Below, in pieces: positions 51,501 through 62,207 of a stretch of 64,000 bases of DNA. The position numbers and the translations under genes were made by a program. The DNA is from Candidatus Poribacteria bacterium (lineage in GTDB: Bacteria; Poribacteria; WGA-4E; JAJDTR01), in assembly GCA_965222225.1 (NCBI GenBank), contig CBDCTK010000002.1:576001-640000 (forward strand). The letters run 5' to 3'. Under the pieces are notes generated by a model. That model was not told the origin of the DNA, did not search any database, and saw nothing but the letters and a program-made list of their open reading frames with translations. Each line of letters starts with the position of its first letter. Positions within the stretch are counted from its first letter, which is position 1.

Positions 51501-53185
51501 CAAAAGCTTTCAGGGGCTTTGTACCAGAGGCGGGTGAAAAAGTAGGTGAGGCTTGGTCGAAGAAAGAGGGGTCGTGACTTATCCTGAAGAACAAAATCTT
51601 CAAATTGGCGCGGATCGTCTTCAATGAGCAGAACGCTAATTGCGTAGTCAAAGAGTATGTTGTGGGAAAAGGCAACCCGTTGTCGTGCAGAAGATACGTT
51701 TGCCAAGATTTCATCACTGAGAAGATTGTTCCAGGCTGTTTGTTTTGCTGGTTCATATAGGCTAGCGCGCTCATAAACGTCCTCTCGCCTTACGCTCAAT
51801 GAAAGTTTCTCAACCATGCGACGTGCAACTTTCGTGAGAAGAAAGCGACGGTGTTCACCATCGCTCTCCCCCTCAATTCGGTGCTTCCAGAACATATCAA
51901 GTAATTGAACTTCAGAATAAATCTGGCGGAAATCGGTTGGCATCTGCGAACTCTTAAGAATCTTCTCCAATAGCCAGAGATTGAACGGAATTGCAAGAAG
52001 GCGCTTAAATTCCTTGGATCCGCGGTTGTATATGTCTTCCAGAGGTTGAATCTGGTCGAAGGCTTCTCGAATCTCGTCCGTATCCAAAGATGAAATATTG
52101 AAATGTCGGCACAATATTTCTTCGCTTTGGTATTCGGTGTCATCAGGATTCCCAAACAAGTCTAGAAGTTCCTGTGATTTCATCGCGTCATAGGTTCGTA
52201 CCGTGACTACGACATTCCAAGACTCACTAAGGTCACGAATAGCACGGCGGATTAGATTGAAGAAGCAATTACGCGTCTGTTCGTCTCGCGCGGCGTCGAA
52301 AGCATCAAACAATAGAATTGATTTCTGGCATGAAGTGGGAACGGACTTCAACTTTTTTATCAGATCTCCTTCATAAGACAATTCTTGCCGCAAAGTTTCG
52401 GGGGTGCCATCCCCGAGTTTATCAATGGGTAGAAGGAGGTGCGGTGTGCCGGAAGAATCTAGGGAGTGGTGGAGTTCCCTTAACAAGTAGGATTTCCCCA
52501 CGCCCGGTCCCCCGATAATTACACCGTGTCCTCGCGAAGCAAAACTCCACAATTCGTTGAGTAGCTTCTCCCGATTGATTTTTATAGCTGGGGAATCTTC
52601 AATCCATAAGTCATTATTCTGCGCTAACCAATACAATGGGTTTATTAATTCGTGGTTAAATTTGTTTTCATCGCCGAATTGCTGCTCCAGAATCTCTTGA
52701 ACTTTCCGTAATTTGGGCACAGGGAATCCTGAAATTTCCTTAAGCAAGTCCCGATAATCAAGTACGTCGTTTTCTATGTCAAAAGAGAACAAGCCTTGTA
52801 TTATCTCATCTAATCCTTTTGCTTGATATGTTTTCTGTTTCTCTGTCAATACATATATGATTAGGTGGCCATATTTTGTATACCGTTCATAATTGACAAA
52901 TTTCTTCACAGTATCTTTAATTTTTTGGATGCTAGGGGTTGATGTAATTTGGTAGGCTATTCTTGATTCGTCATCGCCTAAATCTATTGCGGGAAAATTA
53001 GAACCTTCGGACAGATTCAGATTCCTCAAGTCTGTATGTCCATAGATTTCCGACAGCAGTTGTCGTAATAGGTTTTCGGATTCAACGTTGATGTCCGTCG
53101 TACCCGTTGCCGTTGAACACTCAACCTCGTATCGAAATCGTGAAAATAACACCTTTATTCTATTTTTGATTGTTATCGAATTCAC
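48515..53185 (-). CDS. SMEK-domain STAND/NACHT-like NTPase with a long helical C-terminus (Avs-like defence candidate)
   Basis: N-terminus DIN..SEN...LL..IY..LRNLN...NFPAIDLGD...AYQITST...KIKDT matches my recollection of SMEK; Walker A GGPGVGKS, Walker B LLFDAFD, VVTVR, PFNL and FSHNILFDY motifs. Confidence 0.8.
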   Translation of the reverse strand: MNSITIKNRIKVLFSRFRYEVECSTATGTTDINVESENLLRQLLSEIYGHTDLRNLNLSEGSNFPAIDLGDDESRIAYQITSTPSIQKIKDTVKKFVNYERYTKYGHLIIYVLTEKQKTYQAKGLDEIIQGLFSFDIENDVLDYRDLLKEISGFPVPKLRKVQEILEQQFGDENKFNHELINPLYWLAQNNDLWIEDSPAIKINREKLLNELWSFASRGHGVIIGGPGVGKSYLLRELHHSLDSSGTPHLLLPIDKLGDGTPETLRQELSYEGDLIKKLKSVPTSCQKSILLFDAFDAARDEQTRNCFFNLIRRAIRDLSESWNVVVTVRTYDAMKSQELLDLFGNPDDTEYQSEEILCRHFNISSLDTDEIREAFDQIQPLEDIYNRGSKEFKRLLAIPFNLWLLEKILKSSQMPTDFRQIYSEVQLLDMFWKHRIEGESDGEHRRFLLTKVARRMVEKLSLSVRREDVYERASLYEPAKQTAWNNLLSDEILANVSSARQRVAFSHNILFDYAISVLLIEDDPRQFEDFVLQDKSRPLFLRPSLTYFFTRLWYKAPESFWKAFWHVFPSNQSVHLRLVARLIPTSVIANEGRRIGQLTPLLDKLERGEEIANEETMWLLQSVRALEIKRDPLWIDFFDKASSYLHADFVWDLATLTSDIFERARDTDNTTVINTCGQIGRRLLVWIWREREATVNSWYNRLGSYQAVPLVAKTYETNVEESRTLLENVLELMQEDNFPLNFMMELTRHVDKIWPHDPHFVKQIYLAVFNHNESSDEPSGETTRLISGPVLPIISTRRQDYSNCCNRLLKHFPKFLQSAPLVAARTAIQYQNLIIGRTNIYGHLRQGAWREDPTKRFKFRGQLAYFVEDNSYIGDDRQHRNRPMTMADTLFEFIAGLSESEHSLLDSLLDVFRDEVWFAFFWRRLLKTATRFPKVFAPHLFELCTAKPILMGHDVLYELGLFLHAVSSEFTPGQRLQIEETILNLRAEDKEDRESLEVRRNLLLAQIPPNLLLTPEARKIRDEMERKNSVPENRPLVTFGPVTWSDYTEEERLQDQGVDTTTPENRELQSFFAPLEKFRSDWLNEPPTTEATNFIFPISQEAYTAIKGDTEADKEVIDQLCYYLTACAAILGRVAGDHGSHLFDFCREVLLDGARHELPKPSSEHDIQSDFSAYSTFPRHKAAEGLLRLSTRQSDPEILDAIELLANDSVPSVRVETAMGLFMIYYKTPDRFWQIVHYRAMHETNPAVQGFICTTLAQVVGGGKKNEDRTVHAMDEMLKFTLQHAEQVEPSDSFIDLLMWLAISRENPWALQTIEDKFLKNPIGFPNALNHAVFRVMKDNVSLKNLGTAEGLETLERAIPFLEQVIGVVSEAIEELYTTLEEHRTEETEKKLHDTYGVIDTVVMRLYLAVTDENDESERSTEGMYPELCCRYYNTVKPLMEQVLDFALDRERGVMFAPTAYHFMQLLTKFLSCNPKEVLHFAERVARSSEPSGYSLDSLAVEDVVTFVERILADHRSEVREGQALEDLLNLLDIFAKAGWSQALKLVWRLDEIFR

Positions 53186-53232
53186 AGCATAAACGCCTTA
53201 CGGATTTTCGCAAATAAGTGTGTGAAAAATAT

Positions 53233-56200
53233 TCAGTCAGAGGTCCTTAATGCTGGCAACCCCTTCACAATCTCTACCGTCTCCAAACTCACGCTGATTA
53301 TCTTCTGAATCAACTTGACGATGTAACGTGGATCATCGGTGCGGTTTGGATCGTTGACGATGCCGCTCCGTTTGTCTATCTTGACGCGATACTGATCAAT
53401 CACCCATTCCAGCGCTGACCGATTGCCGAGGCGATATTCAAACGCCTTCGCCGGGATACCGTCAATAATCAGAGAATCGTTATAAATGATTTGCGTTTTG
53501 TCTTTGGACAGCCGCATTTTTTCAACGCTCCAACTGAATGGCACTTCCTCGTTTGCGACGAGTCGTAGAGAAGGTTCTCTGTTGCCTCCTTCGTACTCGG
53601 GCACATTCTCATAGTTTACGTGGATGTGCGCCAACCGTTGACCCGCTCCTGCAAATCCCCGGAAATCGGGAGCGTAAGGGAGACGCGGCAAGTCCCGCTT
53701 GAGGTTCGCCTGATACCGCTCCCGATAATCGGGGTGGTGCAAGAGGGCATAAACATAGTGAAAGATGTCCCACTTATCAATCTTGTGGTCGCGATAATTC
53801 GCGCGGAATTGTGCCAACGCCCGTTCCGTGATGTTCTCGCGGCGGTTGCTACCATCTTCTCCGTAGGTGTAGAAGGGGAAACATTGAGAATCTCCGGTAA
53901 GATGAAGATCTGTTAACTGCTGTGTCATCAAGCAGTGGAAGGGCTTTGTATTTCCAATGGCAGTAACGCAGATTGCCTTGTTTTCTGCTTCGGTTTCCGG
54001 TGTAGGGAATATCGATGGGAATACAAGCACCCTATCGTTCATTACACGACCAAAGTAGAGATACGATTATGTAAACGGCCGATAGAGGGACTGTCGGATT
54101 TTCGCATCAGTAAATCTCGTGGTTTGACCGCGCTCGAGTTTTTGTTTCAAGCTTGCGCTCCAACTGATTTTCGCGTCATCATAGACCACAAACTCATCAA
54201 CGTTTATGCCCCGATTTTCTCGGTGTTCCCACTTAAACACCTGCGAATTATAGGTATCAATCATCCCACGCATGTTTTCAACCAGCGCGTTTCGACTGAA
54301 GTTGAACGCCCAAGCGTCACGATTGGTTTTGACTCCGCCGCTGTAAGTCTTGAATATTGCATCTATCTCCTCGCTCTTTGCTGCTTTCGTAGCTTTGTTT
54401 CCCATCGGGACAAAGGTCTCAAATTCGGCGCGGAGTCCCTCAGTCAACCATGTGTATCGTTCGTCAGGTGCAATCGGTTTCCATTCCAGGTTTCGGTAAT
54501 GTTCTTTTGAGTCGAGATGGCGATACTTGTCTTCCTTGCGCCAATACTCATCAACACGCGCGTAGAAAATTTTAGTTGCCGTATTTGCGCGGTCAAGCTT
54601 TTTGACGAAAAAGTTGATGCTCACCCCCACCTGAATCCCAAAAACGTTGTGCGTTGTTCCTGACAGTTTTGGGTTTTTGCGCACGTTCCCACTTAGATCG
54701 AGGATGTAAATCGCGTCAAAATCGTCTACCAGGTTTTTTCGCATACCGTCGAATGCCAAATCACTCAGAAAACTGTTGTTCGTTACAAAAGCGACAACTC
54801 CTTCACCCCCAATGCGGTCCGATGCCCACCGAATCGCTTTGACATACGGGTCAGAAAGTTGATTCTTGAGCGTCGCTTTGGAGTCTGAGCTGTACGTTTG
54901 TCTTACTCGGCCATCCACCACAGGATACTGACGATTCTTGTTGTTGTCATTTTCGTTGACCTGACCGACATTGTAGGGCGGATTCCCGATAATCACAAAC
55001 ATCGGGGTCTCCCTCTGACTCTCAACGCGCTGCGAATTTGCAGGCGCGAAAAGCGGATACTGTCGGTCTTCCGCCAGATCGAAGGTATCGACAAGACAGA
55101 TCCCCTCAAACGGTTGATAGTGCCCCGTTGCCTCGTAAAACTGATGCTCAATGTTCATGGATGCGATGTAGTAGGGGAGTAGCATCACCTCGTTGCAGTG
55201 GAGCTCGCTTGTGTATTTGTCCTCTAGGGCGGGTCTCTGAATCTGCTCCATAATACGGACGATGAAATTGCCCGTCCCAACAAACGGGTCAACGATGTGA
55301 ACACCGGAATCGGAGATTGACCGATTAAATTCGGATCTCAGGATTTCCTCAACGCTTTTCACCATGAAATCGACAATCGGTTGAGGGGTATAGACGATAC
55401 CGTGGGTGTCGGCGACATTGACTGAAAATCCTTGGAAAAACTGCTCGTAAACCGTGTTAAGGAACCCTTGTTTTTGAGAGAAGTCGGTGATTCTCGCCGC
55501 ATTGCGTTCGATTGCAACGTAGAAACGGTCAAGGCTTTGGAGAAAACTGTCACGGGTAAATGACTGAGATGTCAAGGCGTCTATCACCTTCTCGATTTCG
55601 TTAGCGATGACGTTTCGGCGGGTAAAGTCGGGATTGTTGAAAACAGTGCGAAAGAGGCGTTCGGTCAAGAGATGCTGGGTGAGCATCTCCTCAACGGCAG
55701 CTTCGGAGAGGTTTGAGTTAATTGATTGACGGCATTTCTCGTGAAAATCCCCAAATGCTCTAGCAAAACGGCGGTTGGTTTCCCGTTCGCCTCGGATGAG
55801 TTTTGCCAAACCGTCCCCAAGCACGGGCACCACCTCTTTGAACTCAGCAACCGCCGTCTCCCATTCAACCTGTTCTTCCGGACGGTAATCGAAAAAGGTT
55901 TCAACCGCCTCAATCAGTTGCCTCGCGTCGGTCAGGTCGGCATCAAGCACCTGTTGCTTGTTTTGCCAAAGGATTGCCCGTTTTGGGATTTGAAAGATGA
56001 TGTTGTCTTGAGGATAGCCTTTCCCGAACTTGTCTAGCACGGCGGTTGGCAAGTCGTCGTGCATATCCTTCGCCTCCCAATAGCCGTGCGCTATCTTGAA
56101 ATCATCAAGTAACGCACCATCAATGGAAATTCGTCTATTTTGGCTGCCCATCATTCTGTGTTCAGCGACGAGCGTCCAGTTTAACCGCCGCCCACAGACT

Positions 56201-56325
56201 TTCAGCAAGGTTTGGAAGGCATCTCGAACAGCGCCTTCGTGGGAGACATCAATCGCCTCGAAATGGCGGAGGGAGTCATAATAGTCTTTCACGGGACGAG
56301 ATGTGGGCTTGAGGAGTGCGCTCAT
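53233..56325 (-). pseudogene. Type IIG / Type ISP-like restriction-modification enzyme (nuclease + N6-adenine MTase + TRD) with an in-frame TAA at 54067-54069
   Basis: IDG...YWEAKD nuclease motif, GIVYTP, DPFVGTGNF, GNPPYN, GVKTNRD; YRPFT*SYLYF continues in frame into ORF 53233-54042 (QCFPFY, YVYALLH, SALEWVIDQY, IVNDPN). Confidence 0.85.
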
Positions 56326-56456
56326 AATCCCATTGGGAAGAGTTTATCCGTTCGTATTCTGATTAAAAGCCAACACATTTCCATTCGCTGTCTCTAATGA
56401 AATGCTGGCTTAATCAAACTTCGTCGATCGATTGAGAGAGTACAAGAAAAAGATAT

Positions 56457-56489
56457 AAAAAAACCCTGCGGATTAACGGTTCGCAGGGC
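56457..56489 (-). terminator. Intrinsic terminator downstream of coxG
   Basis: Minus strand CCCTGCGAA...TCCGCAGGG followed by T7. Confidence 0.75.
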
Positions 56490-56596
56490 TAGTCTATTTC
56501 CGTGCTGACGGACATGACAAAATACTAATGCACAACTCGACACAAAATTTTAGTGGTGACAGTATGTCACACTGAAAAACCGCTTCGTACAGACGC

Positions 56597-57049
56597 TCAA
56601 CAGTCAATATCGGTTGCCACGAGTTTGTTAATCTGTTTGAAAAATTGACCTACCGTCATCTTTGCGGCACTTCCAATGATGCGTTGTCCGACTCGGGCAA
56701 GTTTTCCGCCCACCGTTAATTTACCACTGAGTTCGACTTTCGTTTCATCAGGATTGGCTTCCTCTAGTCTAAAATCGCAGGCGCCTTTCAGAAAGCCAAT
56801 TGTGCTCTTTCCTTCAACGGTGAGTCGATATGAGGAAGGTGGTTGTTTGTTCTCCAACGTAACCGTGCCTTTATACGTGCCTTTAATCCCGGCAACTCCC
56901 ACCTTGATTGTTGCTTCATAGGAATCGTTACCCGTAGCGATGAGTTCTTCACAGCCGGGGATAGACTGGCTCAAAAGTTCGGCGTCGGTAAGGTGCTTCC
57001 AGACTTTCTCGCGGTGTGCAGATACGATATAATCGGATTTGATTTCCAT
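56597..57049 (-). CDS. coxG: CoxG/SRPBCC accessory protein
   Basis: VW..L.D...L..SIPGCE, VGGKLARVGQRII motifs; operon context. Confidence 0.85.
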   Translation of the reverse strand: MEIKSDYIVSAHREKVWKHLTDAELLSQSIPGCEELIATGNDSYEATIKVGVAGIKGTYKGTVTLENKQPPSSYRLTVEGKSTIGFLKGACDFRLEEANPDETKVELSGKLTVGGKLARVGQRIIGSAAKMTVGQFFKQINKLVATDIDC

Positions 57050-57120
57050 TACGGAGCATCCCTAACGAAATTAGGCGTTAGGATGAAACATAATTCCTAA
57101 CGCCTAACTGTTCTCATACA

Positions 57121-57981
57121 CTACGATGCTGCACCTTCAATCGCTCGGCGTGTGTAGACCTTTGCAAGATTCAATCGATACGCTTCACTCGCGTGAATGT
57201 CCTCCAAAATATCTACTCCATCAGCGGCTTTTTCCGCCGCCGCCGCGATGTTATCGGCAGTCAGGGCTCTTCCCGCCAACGCTGACTCGACCTCGGAGGC
57301 GCGATAAGGCACATCCGAAACGCCCGTGATGCCAACGGTGATGTTCTCGCAAACGTCACCGGATTTCGTTAGAACAGCGGCTACACCGGTGAGCGCAAAG
57401 CCGGACGCCACTTGATGCAACTTGAGATAGGTTCCCGTTGTGTTTTCATCCGGGATAGTGACATGAATCTCAGTGAGAATCTCGTCCGCGTCTAGGACGG
57501 TGGTAAATAGATCTTCAAAGAAATCTGTCGCCTTGACGACGCGTTCCCCACCAGAGCCGACAATTTTCAGATTGGCATCAAGAGCCAAAATCGTAGCGGG
57601 CCAATCCGCCGCGGGGTCGGCATGCGACAAACTTCCACCGATTGTTCCTTTGTTACGAACTTGCACATCGCCAATCTCGCCCGCGGTCTGAGCCAAAATA
57701 GGTAGCTTCTGGCTTACAAGATTCGAACTTTCCAGTTCGTAGTGAGTAGTCAAAGCGCCAATGACCAATTTGCCATCGGACTCAGAGATTCCTTTTAACC
57801 CTTCAACGCGTTGAATGTCTATGAGAACCGCTGGCTCGGCAAGCCGCAGCTTCATCGCCGGAATCAGACTGTGTCCACCGGCAAGAATTTTGGCGTCATC
57901 TCCGTGTTCACTTAAAAGCGCCAAAGCTTCATCAACTGAGGTGGGTGCGAAGTATTCAAAACTGCTCGCAATCATTTTCAA
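57121..57981 (-). CDS. coxM: Molybdenum hydroxylase FAD subunit (CoxM-like)
   Basis: ILAGGHSLIPAMKLR and QVRNKGTIGGSLSHADPAAD motifs. Confidence 0.88.
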   Translation of the reverse strand: MKMIASSFEYFAPTSVDEALALLSEHGDDAKILAGGHSLIPAMKLRLAEPAVLIDIQRVEGLKGISESDGKLVIGALTTHYELESSNLVSQKLPILAQTAGEIGDVQVRNKGTIGGSLSHADPAADWPATILALDANLKIVGSGGERVVKATDFFEDLFTTVLDADEILTEIHVTIPDENTTGTYLKLHQVASGFALTGVAAVLTKSGDVCENITVGITGVSDVPYRASEVESALAGRALTADNIAAAAEKAADGVDILEDIHASEAYRLNLAKVYTRRAIEGAAS

Positions 57982-58009
57982 TTCCTCCTTTCGTCTATAG
58001 CCAGCTTTA

Positions 58010-60343
58010 TCAAGCGTCTTGAATTGCCTGCCACACGCGGTTCGGCGTCATCGGCATATCAATGTCGGTAATCCCGAATGGGGACAGTGCATCGACAACC
58101 GCATTAACAAGACACGGTGAGGACGCGATTGTTCCAGCTTCACCCACGCCCTTGACGCCCAACGGATTAACGGGAGACGGCGTTGTGGTATGCTCGGTTT
58201 CAAAGCGCGGCACCTGCGTCGCCTTTGGAATGGCGTAGTCCATAAATGAACCGGTTAAGAGCTGCCCGTTTTCATCATAAACAGCGCCTTCGTACATTGC
58301 CTGACCCAGTCCCTGTGCAATGCCGCCATGCACCTGTCCATCAACTAACATGGGGTTGATAATATTTCCGCAGTCATCAATGGCGACATAACGCTGCAAA
58401 TCAATCTCTCCCGTCTCGGGATCGACCTCAACGATAGAGATGTGAGCGCCGAATGGGTATGTGAAGTTTGACGGTTCAAAGAAATGAGTCGCCTCAAGCC
58501 CAGGTTCGACATCCGGGGGCAGATTCACGGCAACGTGTGCCGTGGATGCGACGTCCGCGAATGTGACCGCCGAGCCAGGCGAACCTTGGACAAAGATGTT
58601 CCCATCTTCAAATACGAGGTCGTCAGCGTTTGCCTCCAGCATGTGCGCCGCGATCTGCGCCATTTTCTCCTTCACCTGCTTTGTGGCAATAATCAGAGCC
58701 GCGCCGCCAACCGCCGTGGCACGACTACCGAATGTACCGATACCTTGGGGCTGCCGTCCGGTGTCTCCGTGAATGACCACTATGTCGTCAATGCTTATCC
58801 CGTATTCATCGGCGACGATTTGAGCGAAACTGGTTTCCTGTCCCTGTCCGTGTGGTGACACTCCGGTCAGAACAGTCACTTTCCCAGTTCGTTCAATGCG
58901 GACAGTGCCACTTTCCCAGCCACCACCAGCAACACCGACAGAGGGACCCATACCACAGATTTCGGCGTAAGTCGCAATGCCGATTCCCATGTATCTTCCC
59001 TGTCCCCGAAGTTCCGCTTGCCGTGTTCGGAGACTGGCATAATCCACCGCATCCAGCGCCTTGTTGAAACTCATCTGGTAGTTGCCGCTGTCATAGGCGA
59101 CGCCTGTAGCCATTTCGAGCGGAAATTCATCGGGCTGTGGAAAGTTCTTGAAGCGAATTTCTTTGGGATCCATTCCCAACTTCTGTGCCGCCAGATCGAC
59201 CATACGTTCAATGATGTGCGTTGCCTCGGGACGTCCAGCCCCACGATACGCGTCCGTCGCCATCTTATTCGTGAAGACACCGATTAACTCCAATTTGATG
59301 TTCGGAATTTTATAAGCTCCCGACATCATGAGATATGTCAGCACGGGGATGATTGGCGTGAGCAACTGATGATACGCGCCCATATTGGCAAGCAGTTTCG
59401 CGCGGATCGCAGTAATCGTACCATCGTTTTTGACTGCCATGTCAACGTAGTCGACCTGATCACGTCCATGAATCGTTGTCGTGAAGCCCTCACTCCGCTT
59501 CTCAATCCATTTCACAGGCTTCCGCAACTGCGTTGCCAAATAAGCGACCACGGCTTCTTCGGGATATACATTCAACTTACTGCCGAATCCGCCTCCCACT
59601 TCCGGGGCAATGACGCGAACGAGTTGTTCGGGAAAGTCAAGGAGCAGGGACAAAATGGTCTTGAGGTGATGAGGAACTTGCGTCGAAGACCAGACGGTAA
59701 GTGTTCCCTCTCCCGGAAGATATTCGGCTAATACTCCACGCGGTTCAATCGGGTTGGGAATCAGACGCTGATTCACGAAGCGTTGAGAGACCACATGGTC
59801 GGCTTCGGCAAACGCCGCATCCACATCGCCCGCGTCAAGTGGCATTGTAAAGGCGATATTGTCATCGAATTCATCGTAGATAACTGTTGAATCCGATTCA
59901 ATTGCTTTGTCCAAATCTACGACAACGGGCAGCTCGTCGTATTCCACTTCAATCAAGTCCAGCGCATCTCTCGCTATGTAGGGATCCGTCGCCACAACAG
60001 CGGCAATTGGTTCCCCGACGAACCGTACGCGGTCTACGGCAAGAGCGGGATGATCGGGAACCTTGAGCCCTTCAATCTCCGCAGCGCACGGGATTGAACC
60101 GACCTTCCCCTGAATGTCTGCCCCCGTTATCACCTTGACCACGCCCGATAGGTTCTCTGCCGCTTCCGAGTTGATGCTCTTAATATCCGCGTGCGCATAG
60201 TCGCTGCGCAAGAAAGTACAGTGAAGCGTATTGACCAACTTTATATCGTCTACATAGTGGGATAGCCCTTGGATTAGCCGCGGATCCTCCCGTCGCTTAA
60301 TCCGTGCGCCGATTAGCCGCGATGGCCCTGCCATAGTTGCCAT
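58010..60343 (-). CDS. coxL: Molybdopterin large subunit, form II CoxL-like
   Basis: RREDPRL, VGGGFGSK, AYRGAGRPEA (form II signature), GQGQET and GVKGVGEAG motifs; ATG 60343 follows AGGAGG. Confidence 0.85.
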   Translation of the reverse strand: MATMAGPSRLIGARIKRREDPRLIQGLSHYVDDIKLVNTLHCTFLRSDYAHADIKSINSEAAENLSGVVKVITGADIQGKVGSIPCAAEIEGLKVPDHPALAVDRVRFVGEPIAAVVATDPYIARDALDLIEVEYDELPVVVDLDKAIESDSTVIYDEFDDNIAFTMPLDAGDVDAAFAEADHVVSQRFVNQRLIPNPIEPRGVLAEYLPGEGTLTVWSSTQVPHHLKTILSLLLDFPEQLVRVIAPEVGGGFGSKLNVYPEEAVVAYLATQLRKPVKWIEKRSEGFTTTIHGRDQVDYVDMAVKNDGTITAIRAKLLANMGAYHQLLTPIIPVLTYLMMSGAYKIPNIKLELIGVFTNKMATDAYRGAGRPEATHIIERMVDLAAQKLGMDPKEIRFKNFPQPDEFPLEMATGVAYDSGNYQMSFNKALDAVDYASLRTRQAELRGQGRYMGIGIATYAEICGMGPSVGVAGGGWESGTVRIERTGKVTVLTGVSPHGQGQETSFAQIVADEYGISIDDIVVIHGDTGRQPQGIGTFGSRATAVGGAALIIATKQVKEKMAQIAAHMLEANADDLVFEDGNIFVQGSPGSAVTFADVASTAHVAVNLPPDVEPGLEATHFFEPSNFTYPFGAHISIVEVDPETGEIDLQRYVAIDDCGNIINPMLVDGQVHGGIAQGLGQAMYEGAVYDENGQLLTGSFMDYAIPKATQVPRFETEHTTTPSPVNPLGVKGVGEAGTIASSPCLVNAVVDALSPFGITDIDMPMTPNRVWQAIQDA

Positions 60344-60480
60344 AATAGAGTCCCTCCTCCTGTCTACGTCAGATAAAGGATGCGCACAGTACACCGCATC
60401 TTAACCTTTATGAGCCGATGTACTTCTGCGTAAAATGTAGTATTACCTAGTGTCCATTATCGTAGGTACGCATCTCAAAT

Positions 60481-60972
60481 CTAGCCTTGCATCTTCTCAG
60501 CCGCGTATTGCACAGCATCAACGATATGTTGATAGCCCGTACAACGACAGAAATTTCCTACCAAGCCGTGCCGGATTTCGTCTTCCGTCGGGTTTGGATT
60601 TCGTTTTAGGAGTTGATGTGCCGCTACAATCATCCCCGGTGTACAGAAGCCACATTGCAGACCGTGACGTTCCCAGAACCCCTCCTGAATCGGATGGAGT
60701 TCGCCATCCTGCGCAAACCCTTCAATCGTTGTTATGTCTGCACCATCTGCCTGAATCGCCAACATCGTGCAAGTCTTGACTGCTTGTCCGTCCACAATCG
60801 CCGTGCAAGCGCCGCACAAGCTGGTCTCACACCCTATATGTGTGCCTGTGAGTCCGGCAACCTCTCGAAGGTAGTGAACTAGAAGTAGTCGAGGCTCAAC
60901 TTCGTGTGTGTAATCTTCACCGTTAATCGTCGTGTTAATCTGCTTTTGGTTTGTGTTCATCTTATGACTCAC
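60481..60972 (-). CDS. coxS: 2Fe-2S small subunit (CoxS-like)
   Basis: [18 protein letters not shown] and GNFCRCTGY motifs. Confidence 0.9.
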   Translation of the reverse strand: MSHKMNTNQKQINTTINGEDYTHEVEPRLLLVHYLREVAGLTGTHIGCETSLCGACTAIVDGQAVKTCTMLAIQADGADITTIEGFAQDGELHPIQEGFWERHGLQCGFCTPGMIVAAHQLLKRNPNPTEDEIRHGLVGNFCRCTGYQHIVDAVQYAAEKMQG

Positions 60973-61493
60973 TTTTTGTGGTCTATCTCATACCTACGAT
61001 TAGACAATAAAATCGGGGAAAAATAAACTCCAATTCAAGATGTTCGTTGACAATCATTTCTGGATTTACCATCATTAAAAATCACACTGAGATTGAGAAA
61101 TTACTTTGTGAGAGTTAATAAGTTAGTAACTAGGATTTATCATGAGATTTACAGAATACCAGTTTGATATGATTTTGGCAATATAAAAATCGTTTGAATT
61201 TACAACATGCCAAGATTCTGGAAACTATTGATGATTTCGTGATTCGGGTTGCTGCTGAATCAATCCATCGGCGCAACTTGCAAGTGTTTTCGGTCTGTAG
61301 ATGTATCGAATAGCAGGCTTTTGATGTCGGTCTCTTGGATTATCATGGCAGAAAATATCTCGGTCTTTAAGTTTAATCCGTCATTCTAGCCCTTAGATTG
61401 TGTAGTGTCAATGAGATTTGGATTGTCCTCACCTTCCTTGTGCGCTATCATCCCCTACAGAATGACATCTAAATCCATCAAAGGAGATTCCAA

Positions 61494-62207
61494 ATGAGAT
61501 TACGTGCATCCGTGTTGGTTCTTGTTGCGTGTCTGTTTTGGCTAGGTGATGGTGTTAGCCATGTACCCGTAACAGATTCAGGATTATCCTATCCTCAGCA
61601 AAATACTTCCCGTGATACCGCCTACCCAGTTCTAAAAGTGATTGACGGGGACACAATCAAAATTGAATATGGGGGTAAATCCGAAACTGTCAGATTGATA
61701 GGAGTTGATACGCCTGAGACTGTGCACCCGAATAAACCTGTTGAACCGTTTGGTCCAGAAGCCTCATCCTTCCTAAAAAATATGCTCAAAGGTGAATCGG
61801 TATATTTACGTTTTGGCAATGATGAGCGAGGCAAGTATGGCAGACTTCTAGCCTACGTCTATCATGCTCCAGATGCGATGTTTGTAAACCTTGAGATAGT
61901 GAGGCAGGGGTACGGAAGGAGCTTCAGGCAATTTCCACACAAGCAGCTGGAAATTTTTAACAATTTTGAAAAGAAAGCGAGGGAAGTAAGGAAGGGGTTG
62001 TGGGCTGGAGAGTCTGCAAGAATTAACTCAGACGCTACTTCTGTGTCTGTGCCAACAACCGATGTAGATGGGGATATGACAGTGTACGTTACGAAATCAG
62101 GTAAGAAATATCATTTGGAAAGTTGCCGTTGGGGGAATAAGCCCATTTCATTGGCAAAGGCAAGGGGAAGCTATACGGCATGTGCCAGGTGTAATCCCCC
62201 GAAGTGA
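61494..62207 (+). CDS. Secreted thermonuclease (SNase family) with a C-terminal Cys/His metal-binding tail
   Basis: Signal peptide; VIDGDT, VRLIGVDTPET, KYGRLLAYV, AR...GLW and VYVTKSGKKYH...C...CARC motifs. Confidence 0.9.
   Translation: MRLRASVLVLVACLFWLGDGVSHVPVTDSGLSYPQQNTSRDTAYPVLKVIDGDTIKIEYGGKSETVRLIGVDTPETVHPNKPVEPFGPEASSFLKNMLKGESVYLRFGNDERGKYGRLLAYVYHAPDAMFVNLEIVRQGYGRSFRQFPHKQLEIFNNFEKKAREVRKGLWAGESARINSDATSVSVPTTDVDGDMTVYVTKSGKKYHLESCRWGNKPISLAKARGSYTACARCNPPK

Noticed and set aside
14403-54069. Stop-codon reassignment or selenocysteine explaining the in-frame stops
   Set aside because: The stops replace different expected residues (Tyr, Tyr, Lys, and probably Arg for the TGA). 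TAA and TGA terminate normal genes throughout, and frameshifts co-occur in the same genes or clusters.
58010-60343. Bona fide form I CO dehydrogenase
   Set aside because: The active-site motif is AYRGAGR, not AYXCSFR, and the gene order is S-L-M, so the substrate is uncertain.
5381-60882. Numerous short ORFs antisense to or overlapping recognised genes
   Set aside because: These are shadow ORFs without motifs or RBS, lying inside confidently assigned CDSs.
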